Below the pieces are notes generated by a model that was not told the DNA's origin, did no database searches, and was given only the letters and a program-made list of their open reading frames with translations. A stretch of 63,208 nt of DNA, the filler included. It is 13 parts of 13 records of this genome, joined end to end, with 100 filler letters (N's around TTAATTAATTAA, not from the genome) between each part and the next. Parts side by side here need not be neighbours in the genome. Positions count along the whole stretch, not along the records: positions 8,711 to 14,296 come from SRR16133337_84148; positions 14,397 to 16,465 come from SRR16133337_84581; positions 16,566 to 18,709 come from SRR16133337_84776; positions 18,810 to 20,887 come from SRR16133337_84795; positions 20,988 to 23,146 come from SRR16133337_84822; positions 23,247 to 25,722 come from SRR16133337_85027; 7 more parts are not named here. One strand, written 5' to 3'. Shown piece after piece: positions 12,504 to 24,508 of the stretch (within the stretch, counting starts at the first letter, position 1; each line of letters opens with the position of its first letter). Position numbers and translations under genes: made by a program.

Positions 12504-12959
12504 ATGAACACATTAAGTTACAAAACAGTATCGGCAAATAAAAGTACCGCTAACAAAGAGTGGTTGGTTGTTGATGCGGACGGACAAACATTGGGTCGTT
12601 TTGCTTCTAAAGTAGCGATGCTCATTAGAGGTAAATACAAAACGAATTTCACACCTCACGTAGACTGTGGAGACAACGTTGTTGTAATCAATGCAGAAAA
12701 AATTAATTTAACTGGAAAAAAGTGGACTGACAAATCTTATATTCGTCATACAGGATATCCAGGAGGTCAAAGATTTTTAACTGCGACAGAAATGTTCCAA
12801 AAAGATCCTACTCGTTTAGTTGAAAAAGCTGTCAAAGGGATGTTACCTAAAAATAAATTAGGAGCCGCTCTTTTCAGAAACTTATATGTATACGCAGGAA
12901 CGGAACACCAACAATCCGCCCAAGAGCCAAAAGCATTTAACCTTAACGACCTTAGATAA
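12504..12959 (+). CDS. rplM: 50S ribosomal protein L13
   Basis: FTPHVDCGDNVVVINAEK, HTGYPGG and VKGMLPKNKLG motifs. Confidence 0.98.
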   Translation: MNTLSYKTVSANKSTANKEWLVVDADGQTLGRFASKVAMLIRGKYKTNFTPHVDCGDNVVVINAEKINLTGKKWTDKSYIRHTGYPGGQRFLTATEMFQKDPTRLVEKAVKGMLPKNKLGAALFRNLYVYAGTEHQQSAQEPKAFNLNDLR

Positions 12960-12961
12960 TT

Positions 12962-13348
12962 ATGGAAACAGTTCACAAAATAGGAAGAAGAAAAACGGCT
13001 GTAGCACGTATTTATTTATCAGAAGGAAAAGGAAAAATTACAGTTAACAAAAGAGCTTTTGAAGATTACTTCAAAACCTCTGCATTAAGATATAAAGTAC
13101 AACAACCTTTAATGTTAACTGAAAATATGAAATCTTATGACATCACCATAAATGTTTTTGGAGGCGGAGTAACTGGTCAAGCAGAAGCAATTCGTTTGGC
13201 AATTTCTAGGGCTTTATGTGCCATTGATGCAGGTCACAGAACGGTATTAAAACCTGAAGGATTACTTACAAGAGATCCCAGAATGGTTGAACGTAAGAAA
13301 TTTGGTCAGAAGAAAGCACGTAAAAAATTCCAATTCTCAAAGCGTTAA
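12962..13348 (+). CDS. rpsI: 30S ribosomal protein S9
   Basis: GRRKTAVAR, GGGVTGQAEAIR and the C-terminal FQFSKR. Confidence 0.98.
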   Translation: METVHKIGRRKTAVARIYLSEGKGKITVNKRAFEDYFKTSALRYKVQQPLMLTENMKSYDITINVFGGGVTGQAEAIRLAISRALCAIDAGHRTVLKPEGLLTRDPRMVERKKFGQKKARKKFQFSKR

Positions 13349-13442
13349 TCCCTTTTTTAGAATTGGTAATTCTTACTGTCAAAAATTTATTGAAATATTT
13401 ATATAATCAAGTTATCAAAGCTCTTTTTACTCAGGGTTTGTT

Positions 13443-13496
13443 TAGCATCTAAATGTGTAAGACCGTTATAAAACAAACGCTACTTAAACATTGCTA
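13443..13496 (+). promoter_or_regulatory. Possible structured leader upstream of rpsB
   Basis: Nested pairings TAGCA/TGCTA, AATGT/ACATT and TAAG/CTTA in the rpsI-rpsB spacer. Confidence 0.35.
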
Positions 13497-13523
13497 TCCA
13501 TAGAGAACGTAAACAAAAATAAA

Positions 13524-14296
13524 ATGGTAAACATCGAAATTAAAGATTTATTGGATGCAGGTGTACACTTCGGACATCTTACAAGAAAATGGAATCCAAA
13601 CATGGCTCCTTATATTTATACAGAGCGTAATGGAGTTCATATTATTGACCTTTACAAAACAGTCGTTAAAGTTGAAGAATCTTCAATAGCTTTAGCAAAA
13701 ATTGCAGCTTCAGGAAGAAAAATCTTATTTGTCGCTACAAAAAAACAAGCTAAAGACATTGTTGCTGATAAAGCAACTTCTGTAAAGATGCCTTACATCA
13801 CTGAAAGATGGCCTGGAGGAATGTTAACAAATTTCATCACGATTAGAAAAGCGGTAAAAAAAATGGCTCAAATTGATAGAATGAAATTGGAGGGTTCTTT
13901 CAATGCATTGTCTAAAAGAGAGCAATTACAAATCAATCGTCAAAGAACAAAATTAGAAAAGAATTTAGGCTCTATTTCCGATATGACTCGTTTACCTGCT
14001 GCTTTATTCGTTGTTGATGTAAAGAAAGAACATATTGCCGTTTCTGAAGCTCAAAAATTAAACATCCCTGTATTTGCTTTGGTTGATACAAACTCTGATC
14101 CAAGAGCTATAGATTACGTTATCCCAGCAAATGATGATGCTTCAAAATCAATCGAAAAAATACTAGGCTTTTTAATCAATGCGATTTCAGAAGGTTTGAG
14201 TAGTAGAAAAGTTTCTAAAGACAAAGTTGAAGTTCCAGTAACTCCAGAAACAAAAACGGAAAAAATTCCAAAAGCCAAAGAGGAAGAAGTTCCAAC
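13524..14296 (+). CDS. rpsB: 30S ribosomal protein S2, 3'-truncated by the contig end
   Basis: LLDAGVHFGHLTRKWNP, RWPGGMLTNF, DTNSDP and IPANDDA. ATG at 13524 is more plausible than the upstream TTG. Confidence 0.97.
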
Positions 14297-14396
14297 NNNN
14301 NNNNNNNNNNNNNNNNNNNNNNNNNNNNNNNNNNNNNNNNTTAATTAATTAANNNNNNNNNNNNNNNNNNNNNNNNNNNNNNNNNNNNNNNNNNNN

Positions 14397-14763
14397 TGCG
14401 TCATAGGATCACTGGGGCTGTTAGTCGTGTCCGGGATTTACACGATTTTTGACCCTCTAATTTTTGAAGACCCAGAATGGTGGAAATTTACAGGAGGATT
14501 TATTGGAGTAATATATGTTATAATGGCAATCGAAATACCAAAAACAATTGGGTTCACAGCGTTTTTCGTCGCTATTAACTGTGGAAATATTATTGGATCT
14601 CTTTTACTTGATGAAATTGGATTTTTGGGAATGGACAAGATTTCAATTGATGTTTTAAGGGTGGTTGGAGGTGCGTGTGCATTAATTGGAGTATTATTGG
14701 TCAGAATAGAACGAAAAAAGACTAAAGAAGCGAGTACTGACGAAAAAATGTATCTCGTCACAG
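14397..14763 (+). CDS. DMT/YdcZ-like membrane transporter fragment (C-terminal half), probably an exon
   Basis: WWKFTGGFIGVIYV...GNIIGSLLLDEIGFLG...RVVGGACALIGVLLV matches the YdcZ pattern. A possible donor G|GTACGT lies at 14764. Confidence 0.65.
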
Positions 14764-17700
14764 GTACGTGTATGGTATAATGTTTTTTTTTTGGAAATCG
14801 AAAGTGTGGATTCATATTTAGTTTGCTTGGAATCCAACCAAAAAAATTCAACTTTATGCATATAGTTGGTTATTTGGTTTGATTTGTATCAAATATTTTT
14901 ATTCGCCACCTCAAATTGGAGATTTTATATTGGAACAAAATGGGTGTGGCGTATTAATGCTGGTAGCTTTGTATTTAGCGTCTTTTGCCTCAGATTTTTA
15001 ACGATTCCTCAAATTTGTGCAATGATATTTGACATTATATTTTTGTTTGTTGATCTTGTTGACATTTTTGTGTCCCACCATGTCGCAGGATGCTTTGTAG
15101 TACTTCTTGAATTTCACTGGCATTTGTTTATTTTTGTCATTAGGAGAAGAAGAGCATGTTAAGAGTAATTTGGCGTGACCACAAAGTTCTAGTCAGTCAA
15201 TCCAACGCCTTCAAGTGATTTGTATGTATGTCAATTATATGAAAAGATGAAAAATAAATGTATAAATTTCTTGAACAGTTTTTCGTAATTCATAATTTTT
15301 ATGCCATACAAATTCTATAAATGTATTTAGTAGAAATTAATTCATAAGTTTTATGCCGTTTGATAAATCCAAAAACTGCTTCACGTGAAATTCCACATTA
15401 GAGACTTGCCGCGCAGCAAATGTCTGTGCGCATAACTTTTCATGTTGTGAGGAAGAAATCTTATTTAGTTTGAAATTGCAAATTAATTATTCAAAACTCA
15501 TTTTTGTTTGCAATTTAATTTTATGAGTATGTTTTTTCGTTTGTTTAGGATATAAAATTTTGGGTGGTGGGTGTGGGTGGGGAAAGTGTACACGGCTGTG
15601 CTTTTGTGGACATTAAAATCGAATTCAAAATTATTTTTAGAGGTGTTTGATTTCTCAGCATCTCCTTTTCAGTAGATACATAGCTTGGATCATATAAAGT
15701 ATTTATGATATTTCAAGCTAATACCACCTTTCTCTTGCAAAAATGAATATTTTCGATGTGGGGTTATTACAGGTGTGAAGGAGAGTTGTTGTGGGTCTCT
15801 CTCTAGGTGGGTGGGTTTTCTTACCGCGTTTGCTCTAGTATAGCCCACTAGATTCATCCAACAAGTCGTGTGGCATTACAATATTTATTATTTCGTATTC
15901 AACATGTCATAGATTTCCTTCACAAGTATCAAACACATAAATTATAAAATCCATCCAATTAATGCGTGCCTTTCTTCGCTACTGGGTCTTTTAACCGCTG
16001 GTTATACGTAAAACTTCTTGGCGTATTCTGTTCAGATATAGCAGGACTTGAGTTGAAACTATTTTGCGCATTTCTTTCAGTGTGTTTTGAAGTTTCTGCT
16101 GAAAATTGGTGTATCTTTTTCCGTCTAATTTTGGGAGGTGTTGGAGGTTGAACAGCAACGATATTTGGTACTTGTGGTTCAGTAGGAGTGTAGATATCTT
16201 TGTCATACATTAGAGAAAACAGAAGAGGTGAAGGCGATTCCAATCTATTTGAGTCGTGTGCGTTTTGGAGGTGGAAATTAATGTTTTCTCTTGTTTCGTC
16301 GGCAAGTTCGATCCTAAGAAGATATGTAGATATATGAAAATTTTATCGGGGGTGTCATTTTTTAACTGTGTTTTTCCTTGATCACTCCTATGGGAATTTG
16401 AGCGAAAAACAGCATATTTTGAAAAATATGTCTAGTTGAGAAAACATCGCGGCATGGTTTGCAACNNNNNNNNNNNNNNNNNNNNNNNNNNNNNNNNNNN
16501 NNNNNNNNNTTAATTAATTAANNNNNNNNNNNNNNNNNNNNNNNNNNNNNNNNNNNNNNNNNNNNAAAGAACACTTCTCAACTTTATTTTTTCACAGCTG
16601 AATTTGTACTCGCTCCCATTTCGCGAGTATTAATCCGTTTAACATAAAATTTTCGGAGTAGACACACCAATGTTTTTTCTACATCAAGGCATAAAAATTT
16701 TGAAATTTGGTCGGTTTGGTAGCTCTTCAAGAACCGCCCAAGTTGAAAAAAATGGTGTTTTTCATCAAAAATCCACCTAATCCCGAACCTTGTGGAACGA
16801 ACACAAGTGAGGAAGCAACCTTATTGAGGCAAACACATTACTGAAGGGGATTAGAGGTTTTCAGTACCGCGACAGATTTTTCTGCGCGCTTGTCATTGAC
16901 GAGAATACGAGCAAACACTGAATTTGCAATTTTTGGAGGATTTTTCAGCAGAAACCCAACACTCACCAAATGCAAACAGGCGGGTGGACACGAAAAACAT
17001 CACCAGTGTACTGTGCAGACATTTTTGAGTGCACTGGACCCTTTGCCGGAAGTCGTAAGGTGCTCATCTGGGTCGTGGGTCCCAAAACCTAGATAGGGTC
17101 CAAAATCACACATTTTTAGTAAGAACAAACCATAAAGTGGTCTTCAAACGTGGTGGTTGTGCACATCTTTGCACGCAACCATTGTGCTGTATCACAACTT
17201 GCATGGTGTGTTTTTAGGCCACTCCGAGTATCATGGACTCTGAAAGCAGCCATTTTCCCAGAAATTACACGTTACCAACACCGTGATGAGTGTGTGTTTA
17301 CTATGGGTGAGAGGTGTACAAAAAATATTTTTTGTGTTAAAATGACAAAAAATCGTCGCCACACTGATCTGTACGCCTTCTCAGTTGGTGTAGACAAAGT
17401 CGTTGTAACATGACTGTCGGTATTTCACGTACGCCATTTTTATTCATTCATTTTTTTCCAAAACCCATACCCCATTTTTAATAAAGAACAACCTCGTATA
17501 CTACATTCTCGTTTGTTAATGCACCCTACGTTTAGTCATTCGTTCGCCCAAGTTACCGAGACCTACTTTAAATAAAAACCTACGTTAAATACCGATAGTA
17601 CAGTAATTGTTTTTGCACTTTTCCGATAAAAATGTATGTGGAAACACATGAAAGTTTCACTACGAGTAGTTTTTTGTCACATTTTCGTCTAGAAACTGCT

Positions 17701-18464
17701 GTAGGAACACATGAGTTGTGTGCAAAAGAAAAAAATTGGCTCAAATTTCGCAAAAAAGTTGATTATTTCCAAAATTTTAATTTGATTCCCACATTTTTAA
17801 AGAAATTCTTAAAACACACAAAAAAATTCAAAAAATCAAAAATACAAAAGTTCCATCTAATTCGTTCCCAATGCGAGCACAAAAAACGTGGATAATGAAA
17901 TTCATCGATGACCACTTTTAAGATTTTCTTTTTCAAATTGAGCAAAATTAAAAAAAAATTCTTGAGAAACAGAAAACAACATCTCATAATCAAAAAAACC
18001 CACGGATTTCTTTTGGTCTACACATCTTTCTCTCCGTGATTAGGCATGTATGCAATTACAAAAAGTTTAATGAAAACCACATAGCCAAGAAAAACCGCTT
18101 TCTGCAAGCAGCACGTAGCATGGTGAGGCCTCGGCCGGAGGTACCCCACAGGTGCGAAAACGCGGTGAGAAATGAGAGTACTCTCAATGAAATTTTAATT
18201 TTGGGGTGTTACACCTAAATTGTGTGAACGACCCAACAAATTTGCAAGTTATTGGTGCGAGGTCGTCTTTGGCATAAAAATTTGGTACGATTTTTCACCG
18301 TGTGCTTTTTGAAAAGTGAATTCTCGCTAGCCTCCAAATTGATTGGAACAAATTTTTTATTGGTTTATGTCGTTTGTGCTGAGAATAGCAAAAATAAATT
18401 GCCACGTCATCAAAGGATTTCAGATCACACAGAGCATATTTTACAACAAACAACACAGGCGAAT

Positions 18465-18543
18465 ATGTTTCTCTTCGATTGGTTTTGGAGTTTTCTTTCA
18501 TATTTCAACATCGGACAAAAGTCGGCCAACGTAGTTTTCCTTG
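18465..18543 (+). CDS. SAR1: Small GTPase SAR1, first exon
   Basis: MFLFDWFWSFLSYFNIGQKSANVVFLG is the Sar1 amphipathic N-terminus leading into the P-loop. It is followed by donor GTATGT. Confidence 0.8.
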
Positions 18544-19612
18544 GTATGTGCCACAGCTTTGAAGTTTTTTTCCCTTTTCGCGCTTTCTGAGTGTGTGGCA
18601 TGCACGTGTGACTCTTTGGGGTATGTATATCGTGTTTTTGGGTCCCAAAAACATTTTTTGTTGAAAATTGAGCATTCCCCCCACACCCACCACCCCCACC
18701 CCACCCCCCNNNNNNNNNNNNNNNNNNNNNNNNNNNNNNNNNNNNNNNNNNNNTTAATTAATTAANNNNNNNNNNNNNNNNNNNNNNNNNNNNNNNNNNN
18801 NNNNNNNNNCCTGGTCTAGTACAAAACAACATGCTAAACTTTCAACAAATACACACTACGAAGTGGGAAATTTACAGAATTCCCAACAATTTTTTTGAAT
18901 GATGTTTTTTATGTTTGTTTGTTTAGGTTTGTGCGGTGTTCATGGAAATACACAGTTTGACGCAAACACCATGTTGAATCAAACTGAAGAGAAAATGGGG
19001 AAAATGAAACCTGAGAAGAAAGAGAAAGTTTTACCAGTTGGAGTGAATTCTTGTCGATTGTGTGGTGGTAAGTTACGACAAAGATATTTCGCAAAGTTCT
19101 GACATGCTATTATAAGCACTAAAAATAAAATCAATCCACTATTTTATTTTATTTTTTAAAAAAAGTGAGTTTGAAATTTTCACATTTTTTTGTAATTTCA
19201 CATGTCTTTTCTAAATTTTTTATCAAAGAATATTTTGTGTAAAACATTTGAAAATACAAATATTGTTTTTCTCTAACTAGATATATTATTTTGTCAACAC
19301 ATTTGCTGTTTCTCATTTGAATTCCCACAGAACTGAACAGACTAAACAGACTAAACACAATAAGTGTGAGACTGATAGACAAATAAAACATTTTCGTGTG
19401 TTGAATGTGTATGTTCTATGGGGTGCTTGAAACTTTGTGTCAATATACAATCAATGAAATCCATGCGGAGCAATTTGTTAGCTGAACCAAACCCGTGGTA
19501 TTAAAATCAATAAGCTGGGGTTAAAGTTTGGTAGAGCGGGTGTGGGTTGTGGGTGATATTGGTCGTGTTTTGTAGGGGGGAAATAATTTGTTTTGTTTGG
19601 CACGTTTTTTAG

Positions 19613-20696
19613 AGGCTAATTTGACTGGCCACCAATGCTATAAAATGAGTCGTGAAGAGCGAAAAATGGCGCGTATCAACAAGGACATCGCAGAAATGGA
19701 GAAACGCGAACAACAAAAAAAGAAGAAAAAGAAAAACATTTCTTCTGATTCTGACAGTGCGATCGAACCATCTGAAAGTTCGTCTAGTGGTATGTGTATA
19801 TAGGGATTGTTTTTGAAATATTTAAAAAAAACGTTTTTGTAGTGAAAAAATCATAGAACTTTGTTGAGTTTTGGGAAACAAACAATCTGTGTGCTGTTGT
19901 TGTTTGTAAATATTGTACACTGTGAAAGCTGTTTATGTGACAAAAATGTGTATTTTTTGAAACCTGCTAACATTTTTTGTTGTGCTTTTTTCTTTAAATT
20001 TAACTTTTCTACAAACAAGATGGATTTTTGCACTTTTAGACGTACGGTAAAAATATTGCCAAATTAGTACACTTACACTTGTCATAAGTATTATTTTCAA
20101 ATAAAACAAAGATATAGATTTCCCTTCTGTTTTCGGACAATTTTGTATACAAGTTCCATATCAATTTGCTCATTTGTCGCATTCATAGTGCAAAAAATGA
20201 AAAAGGGGTTGTTAATTTGTCCCATGTTACAAATTACTTTTCCCAATGAAAATGAGATCCACAAAATTAGTCGGGTGGTGGGTGGTTTTGCCCCAAAATG
20301 GTGTAGAATGCAGATGGTGTTCTCGCGAACATAATTTGTTCCTCCAAGATTCGCTTTTGCAAATTGGTTGGTAGGGTTTGTGCGCAAAACAAAAATCAAG
20401 TTTGAAGATAAATTTTTTCTCGGAAAAGTCTCAGATGATGTGGATATCTTTTTGTTTGGAACTCGTGACAATATCACAAACATTGTCAAATTAGCTTGAG
20501 CTTCATTGATGAGAATTCATTATGGTGTTTTGTTTTTTGTTTTAAATTACCTTCAGAATTTGATGTTTGATGTTTGATCTTACTTTCTGTATAGGGAAAA
20601 ACGAGTGGACTTGTGCACATTGTACAGTCAGGAACTCAATAAACGAACATCCTCGCAGATGTTCCTGCTGTAACTTGCGTAGAAAACCGGTGGAAG
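19613..20696 (+). CDS. Spliced eukaryotic gene fragment with a K/E-rich exon (19613-19789) and a RanBP2/NZF-type zinc-finger exon (20595-20696)
   Basis: WTCAHCTVRN...RCSCCNL (W-x-C-x2-C-x3-N...C-x2-C). Phase-1 GT/AG junctions are consistent. Confidence 0.55.
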
Positions 20697-21439
20697 GTGA
20701 AAAATATTGCTTTGTCTTGGTTCATTGTTCACCAATTCGCTCGCCGCTCACTGCTTAGTTCGTTTTATTTTCTTCTTTTTGCTATGTCTTCTTTTTCCAC
20801 ATCTTTTCTAAAACAGCCATGTGTCTCTTTTGAAGACAGAAATTTCATGGGTTTGAATGTATTTTAATTGGATGTCCAGTAAGTTTTNNNNNNNNNNNNN
20901 NNNNNNNNNNNNNNNNNNNNNNNNNNNNNNNTTAATTAATTAANNNNNNNNNNNNNNNNNNNNNNNNNNNNNNNNNNNNNNNNNNNNGTTCACCCCGCCC
21001 AGATGAAAAAATAGGTGGCTTCCAAAATAGCTGAGAGCAAAGGCCTAAAATTTAGCTGGGGGGTGTATACCTAAAGCCGGCCGCCCGTCCAGCCTAAGCA
21101 TATACTACAGGCCACGGCGTCCGAAAAATTAAGAGGGCATCAGGGGGTCCAAAGTCACCTCAAAGGCAAGCACGAACTCACAAATATGCCCCAAAGACTC
21201 CAACCTTTAAGGTCACGCCCTGTTTTTACAAGGGTTAAATCAAAACTGAGCCCTCTGGCCGGAGAAAGGCATTAAAAGACTTAGAAAGTAGGTCACGGGC
21301 CGTAAAATTTTTCAAGGTAGAGCCGAGGCCTCGACCCCCACGGGCTCAACCACTGGGGTTGAATAACCTGAACCCCTTTCAGCGCCAGGTGGTAGCACAA
21401 CACTGATACCTTAAATTAGGCTTAGGCTTTATACTACAG

Positions 21440-21499
21440 AGTTAGGCTTTAAAGCAACACTGAATTACAAAATCAGCATAATAATTTTTACTACTAGCT
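21440..21499 (-). tRNA. trnT: Probable mitochondrial tRNA-Thr(UGU)
   Basis: Minus strand shows a D-arm AGTAA/TTATT, an anticodon arm GCTGA...TT-TGT-AA...TCAGT, a short T-arm GCT/AGC and an imperfect acceptor stem. Confidence 0.55.
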
Positions 21500-21644
21500 C
21501 CGACACAACCTCCGGCCTCCACTTTGCCTACCTTTTTAAGTAAGTAAACCAAAGCACACTCCTAACCCCAACCTATAAGTAACAAGGGCTTTAAGGGCGA
21601 GCCCGGGCCGCGTAGAATAAGCTTGGGCCCATTTCTTTATGGGC

Positions 21645-22916
21645 TTACACCCCCAACACCCCCAATAACACCACGCCGGGTAAAATATGCCCCCAGAGGG
21701 TTAAACCCTCCCGCCTCGACATAAGAGGGTTAACCCATCCTGCCCCCCCTACTACCCCCCCCTGCTGGGTGTGGGCGTATATTCTTAGGTTATAAACTGC
21801 GGATAAAAAACAAACCCCTCCAATAGGAAGCCCTGCCCACATAGAAATACTTATTAGTCTAGAAATCATTAATATCTCTCTCACCAAATTGATTGTAAAA
21901 GGTCCCGCGAAATTAAGAACCCTTAAAAGGAATCAACATATCGCCAACCTTGCGTCTCCGGACAGCCCCCCCTTATTTCTTACTATCCTTCGAGAGTGTC
22001 TTCGCTCATAGATTATATTGGCTCCGCTAAACATACCCGAAGATGTTAAACCATGAGCTAGTATCATTAACAGGGCACCCCATAAACCCGCCCCTCTAAC
22101 CCCCAACACCGCCGCCGCTACCATCCCCATGTGCACAACAGACGAGTAAGCAATAATAACCTTTACGTCAGCTAGTCGCAAAATTATTAAGGCCGCCGCC
22201 GCACCTCCAACGAGGGCTCCAGAGAACACCCACCCTAACAAGGTGACCCTTTGAAACACCCACCCAGAGACTAGAAAAAGCCCGTACCCCCCCAGCTTTA
22301 GCATTAGCCCTGCTAAAACCATAGACCCAGAGACCGGAGCCTCAACATGAGCTTTTGGGAGCCAAAGGTGAACCAAAAAAACTGGCAACTTAACCATAAA
22401 TGCAAGCACCCAAAACAGGTGGCCTGCTTCGCCCCCCCTCTCAGCAGGGCACGCCGTGAACCCCGCCCCACCTAACTCTCCCCGCGAGTATAGGATCAAC
22501 ATTAACAGAGGAAGAGACGCAGCTAGAGTGTAAAAAAATATATATAGTGCAGCCCCAAGCCGCTCAGGCTGGTACCCCCAACCCAACACTAAAATAAAGA
22601 TCGGGATTAAGGCTACTTCAAACCAATAATAAAAAGACAAGAGGTCCTCGGCCTTAAAACAAGCCAACAGAGCCAAGAGAGTTAGATACAATAAACACAC
22701 CAAGCCTCTCTTATTCTTAGGAGTCAACGTCGCCCTTACTATTATTACTAAGATTCAGCACGCCAAGACCCGCATCACTCCCGCCAGTCACTCAGACCTT
22801 GCCCTAAATAGGGGGGGGGTTGTCAATCCGACCAAACCCCTTATAAATACTCCCAACCTAAATAGCCTCAACCCTTCATACCTAAATCAAGCTCGCCCAG
22901 CGGATATCCTCATTAT
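21645..22916 (-). CDS. nad4: Mitochondrial NADH dehydrogenase subunit 4 (~423 aa, invertebrate mito code)
   Basis: LGWGYQPER, HLWLPKAHVEAPVSGSMVLAG, LKLGGYG, IAYSSVVHMG and AHGLTSSGMF. Reading TGA as Trp joins track ORFs 21933-22727 and 21645-21887 and extends to ATA/ATG at 22916/22913. Confidence 0.93.
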
Positions 22917-23029
22917 AAAAACCCCCCACAACCCTAAACAAGATGCCCAAGCCTACTGTCACGGCTAAACCACGCGGAAGCTACAAAAATTAAAGAGCCC
23001 GCCCGACTCAGTCTCTACTAAGACAAAGG

Positions 23030-23146
23030 CTAAACCCCTCCTCATCAGTAAATAGCCAAGTACAGAAACAGCCAAACCACGTCAACAAAATGTCAGTACC
23101 AGGCCGCAGCCTCTAAGCCAAAATGGTGCCTAAGTCTAAACTGCCC
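23030..23146 (-). CDS. cox3: Mitochondrial cytochrome c oxidase subunit 3, 3' end (not in ORF track)
   Basis: [32 protein letters not shown] with TGA read as Trp. Confidence 0.95.
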
Positions 23147-23679
23147 NNNNNNNNNNNNNNNNNNNNNNNNNNNNNNNNNNNNNNNNNNNNTTAATTAATT
23201 AANNNNNNNNNNNNNNNNNNNNNNNNNNNNNNNNNNNNNNNNNNNNATTTTGAAAAGAATGAAAATCAAAAAAGATACAGAAACCTCTTGTCAAGAAAGT
23301 GTAGCGTTCCAAAAACCTTCAAAAAATCGCGATTCCAAACCAGCTCCTTGTTGTTATGAAAAAACATAAACTTTTCATGTGACTGAAAGTTAATTGACAA
23401 TATCTTGCCACAAAATTGTACATGGTTTTTGGGAGGACTACTCGCTAAGCCCTTTCGAATGCTGATATGATATTTCATGTGAAATTTTATTGCGAAAAGA
23501 CCGGAGCCGGCAGCGCGAAATTTTTCGCATGATTTTTGGTAGTATCAAATTACTGCCAGTAAAGTTTAGGTGTAGGGTTAATTATAAGTTTGTTAATTTA
23601 TTGTAACTACACTTTAATAAACCAACTAAAAGAAGAAGAGTTCTTCGAAGCTACAGCGTGTGGCTATAAAAAAAAACAA

Positions 23680-24508
23680 ATGTTCTTGAAAATTGTCTAT
23701 GGCGAACAAGTTCGGCGTCTCCCAGTCGCTGTCGACCAGGGGAACGCGTTTGAAACTCTCATGGAGTTTTTACAAATCAATTTCGAGCGTGGACCGTTTG
23801 TAGTGCGTTATGAAGATGATGAGGGGTAAGTGCTCCCTCCAACCCCTTATGGTCGGTCGATTGATTCTTCACCCGAATTTGGGTCTCTTTTTCTTCGATT
23901 CATTTTTTAACATCTGGTTTGTCATCTATTTTTGAACGCCAACAGTCCGAAATTTCGTGATCTTTCACCTGAAGTGTTTGGCCAGTGAAATCAAAGTTTT
24001 TTGTGAAATTCATTTTTTACAGCACAACGTTTTCCCTGTTTACATAACATTATCTGTCCTTTCGGGTGAAAAGTGAGTATCCGTGAAAAATATTTGACAA
24101 TTCGTGCGACAAGTTTCCACACGGTTTATTTATTCTGTAACATATTGGAGTCTTGGAACACCCTCAAATTAAAAAATCATAAATAATATGCGGTATGGAT
24201 CAAAAATGTGGTCAGCCGCTTGATTCGTGGTGTGCGCAGTCACACAAGAACTCTCTTTTCACCCGAAAGGGTGCTGAGGCTCTCCTGCCGAATTTTTTTC
24301 GTTTTTCGCAGTGCATTATGTTTCAAGTATTGTTTGGATGATTTTGAATTTGTGTGAATGTATTTTAGTGATCTTGTTACTGTGAGTTCGAATGAGGAAT
24401 TGATTGAAGGGGTTCGTGTTGCTGAAGAGGAAAATCGCCCATCTCTCAAACTTCATGTTGACAAAGACAGTTCTGATGATGTTATTTCACTTTGTTCCAT
24501 GTCATCAC
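23680..24508 (+). CDS. Eukaryotic N-terminal PB1-domain protein, spliced, partial. Exons 23680-23825 and 24369-24508
   Basis: MFLKIVYGEQVRRL (conserved Lys). Splicing across GT..AG rebuilds the OPCA motif YEDDEGDLVTVSSNEEL. Confidence 0.8.

Noticed and set aside
14990-16313. Possible minus-strand exons (P/S-rich ORF 15959-16243 and others)
   Set aside because: Plausibly coding, but no identifiable family and uncertain splice sites.
21933-21935. Apparent premature stop splitting nad4
   Set aside because: TGA encodes Trp in the invertebrate mitochondrial code; the frame is continuous.
22882-22968. Short minus-strand frame LAVTVGLGILFSVVGG... resembling the nad4L C-terminus
   Set aside because: It is closed by an upstream TAG within a few codons, and there is no room for nad4L between cox3 and nad4.
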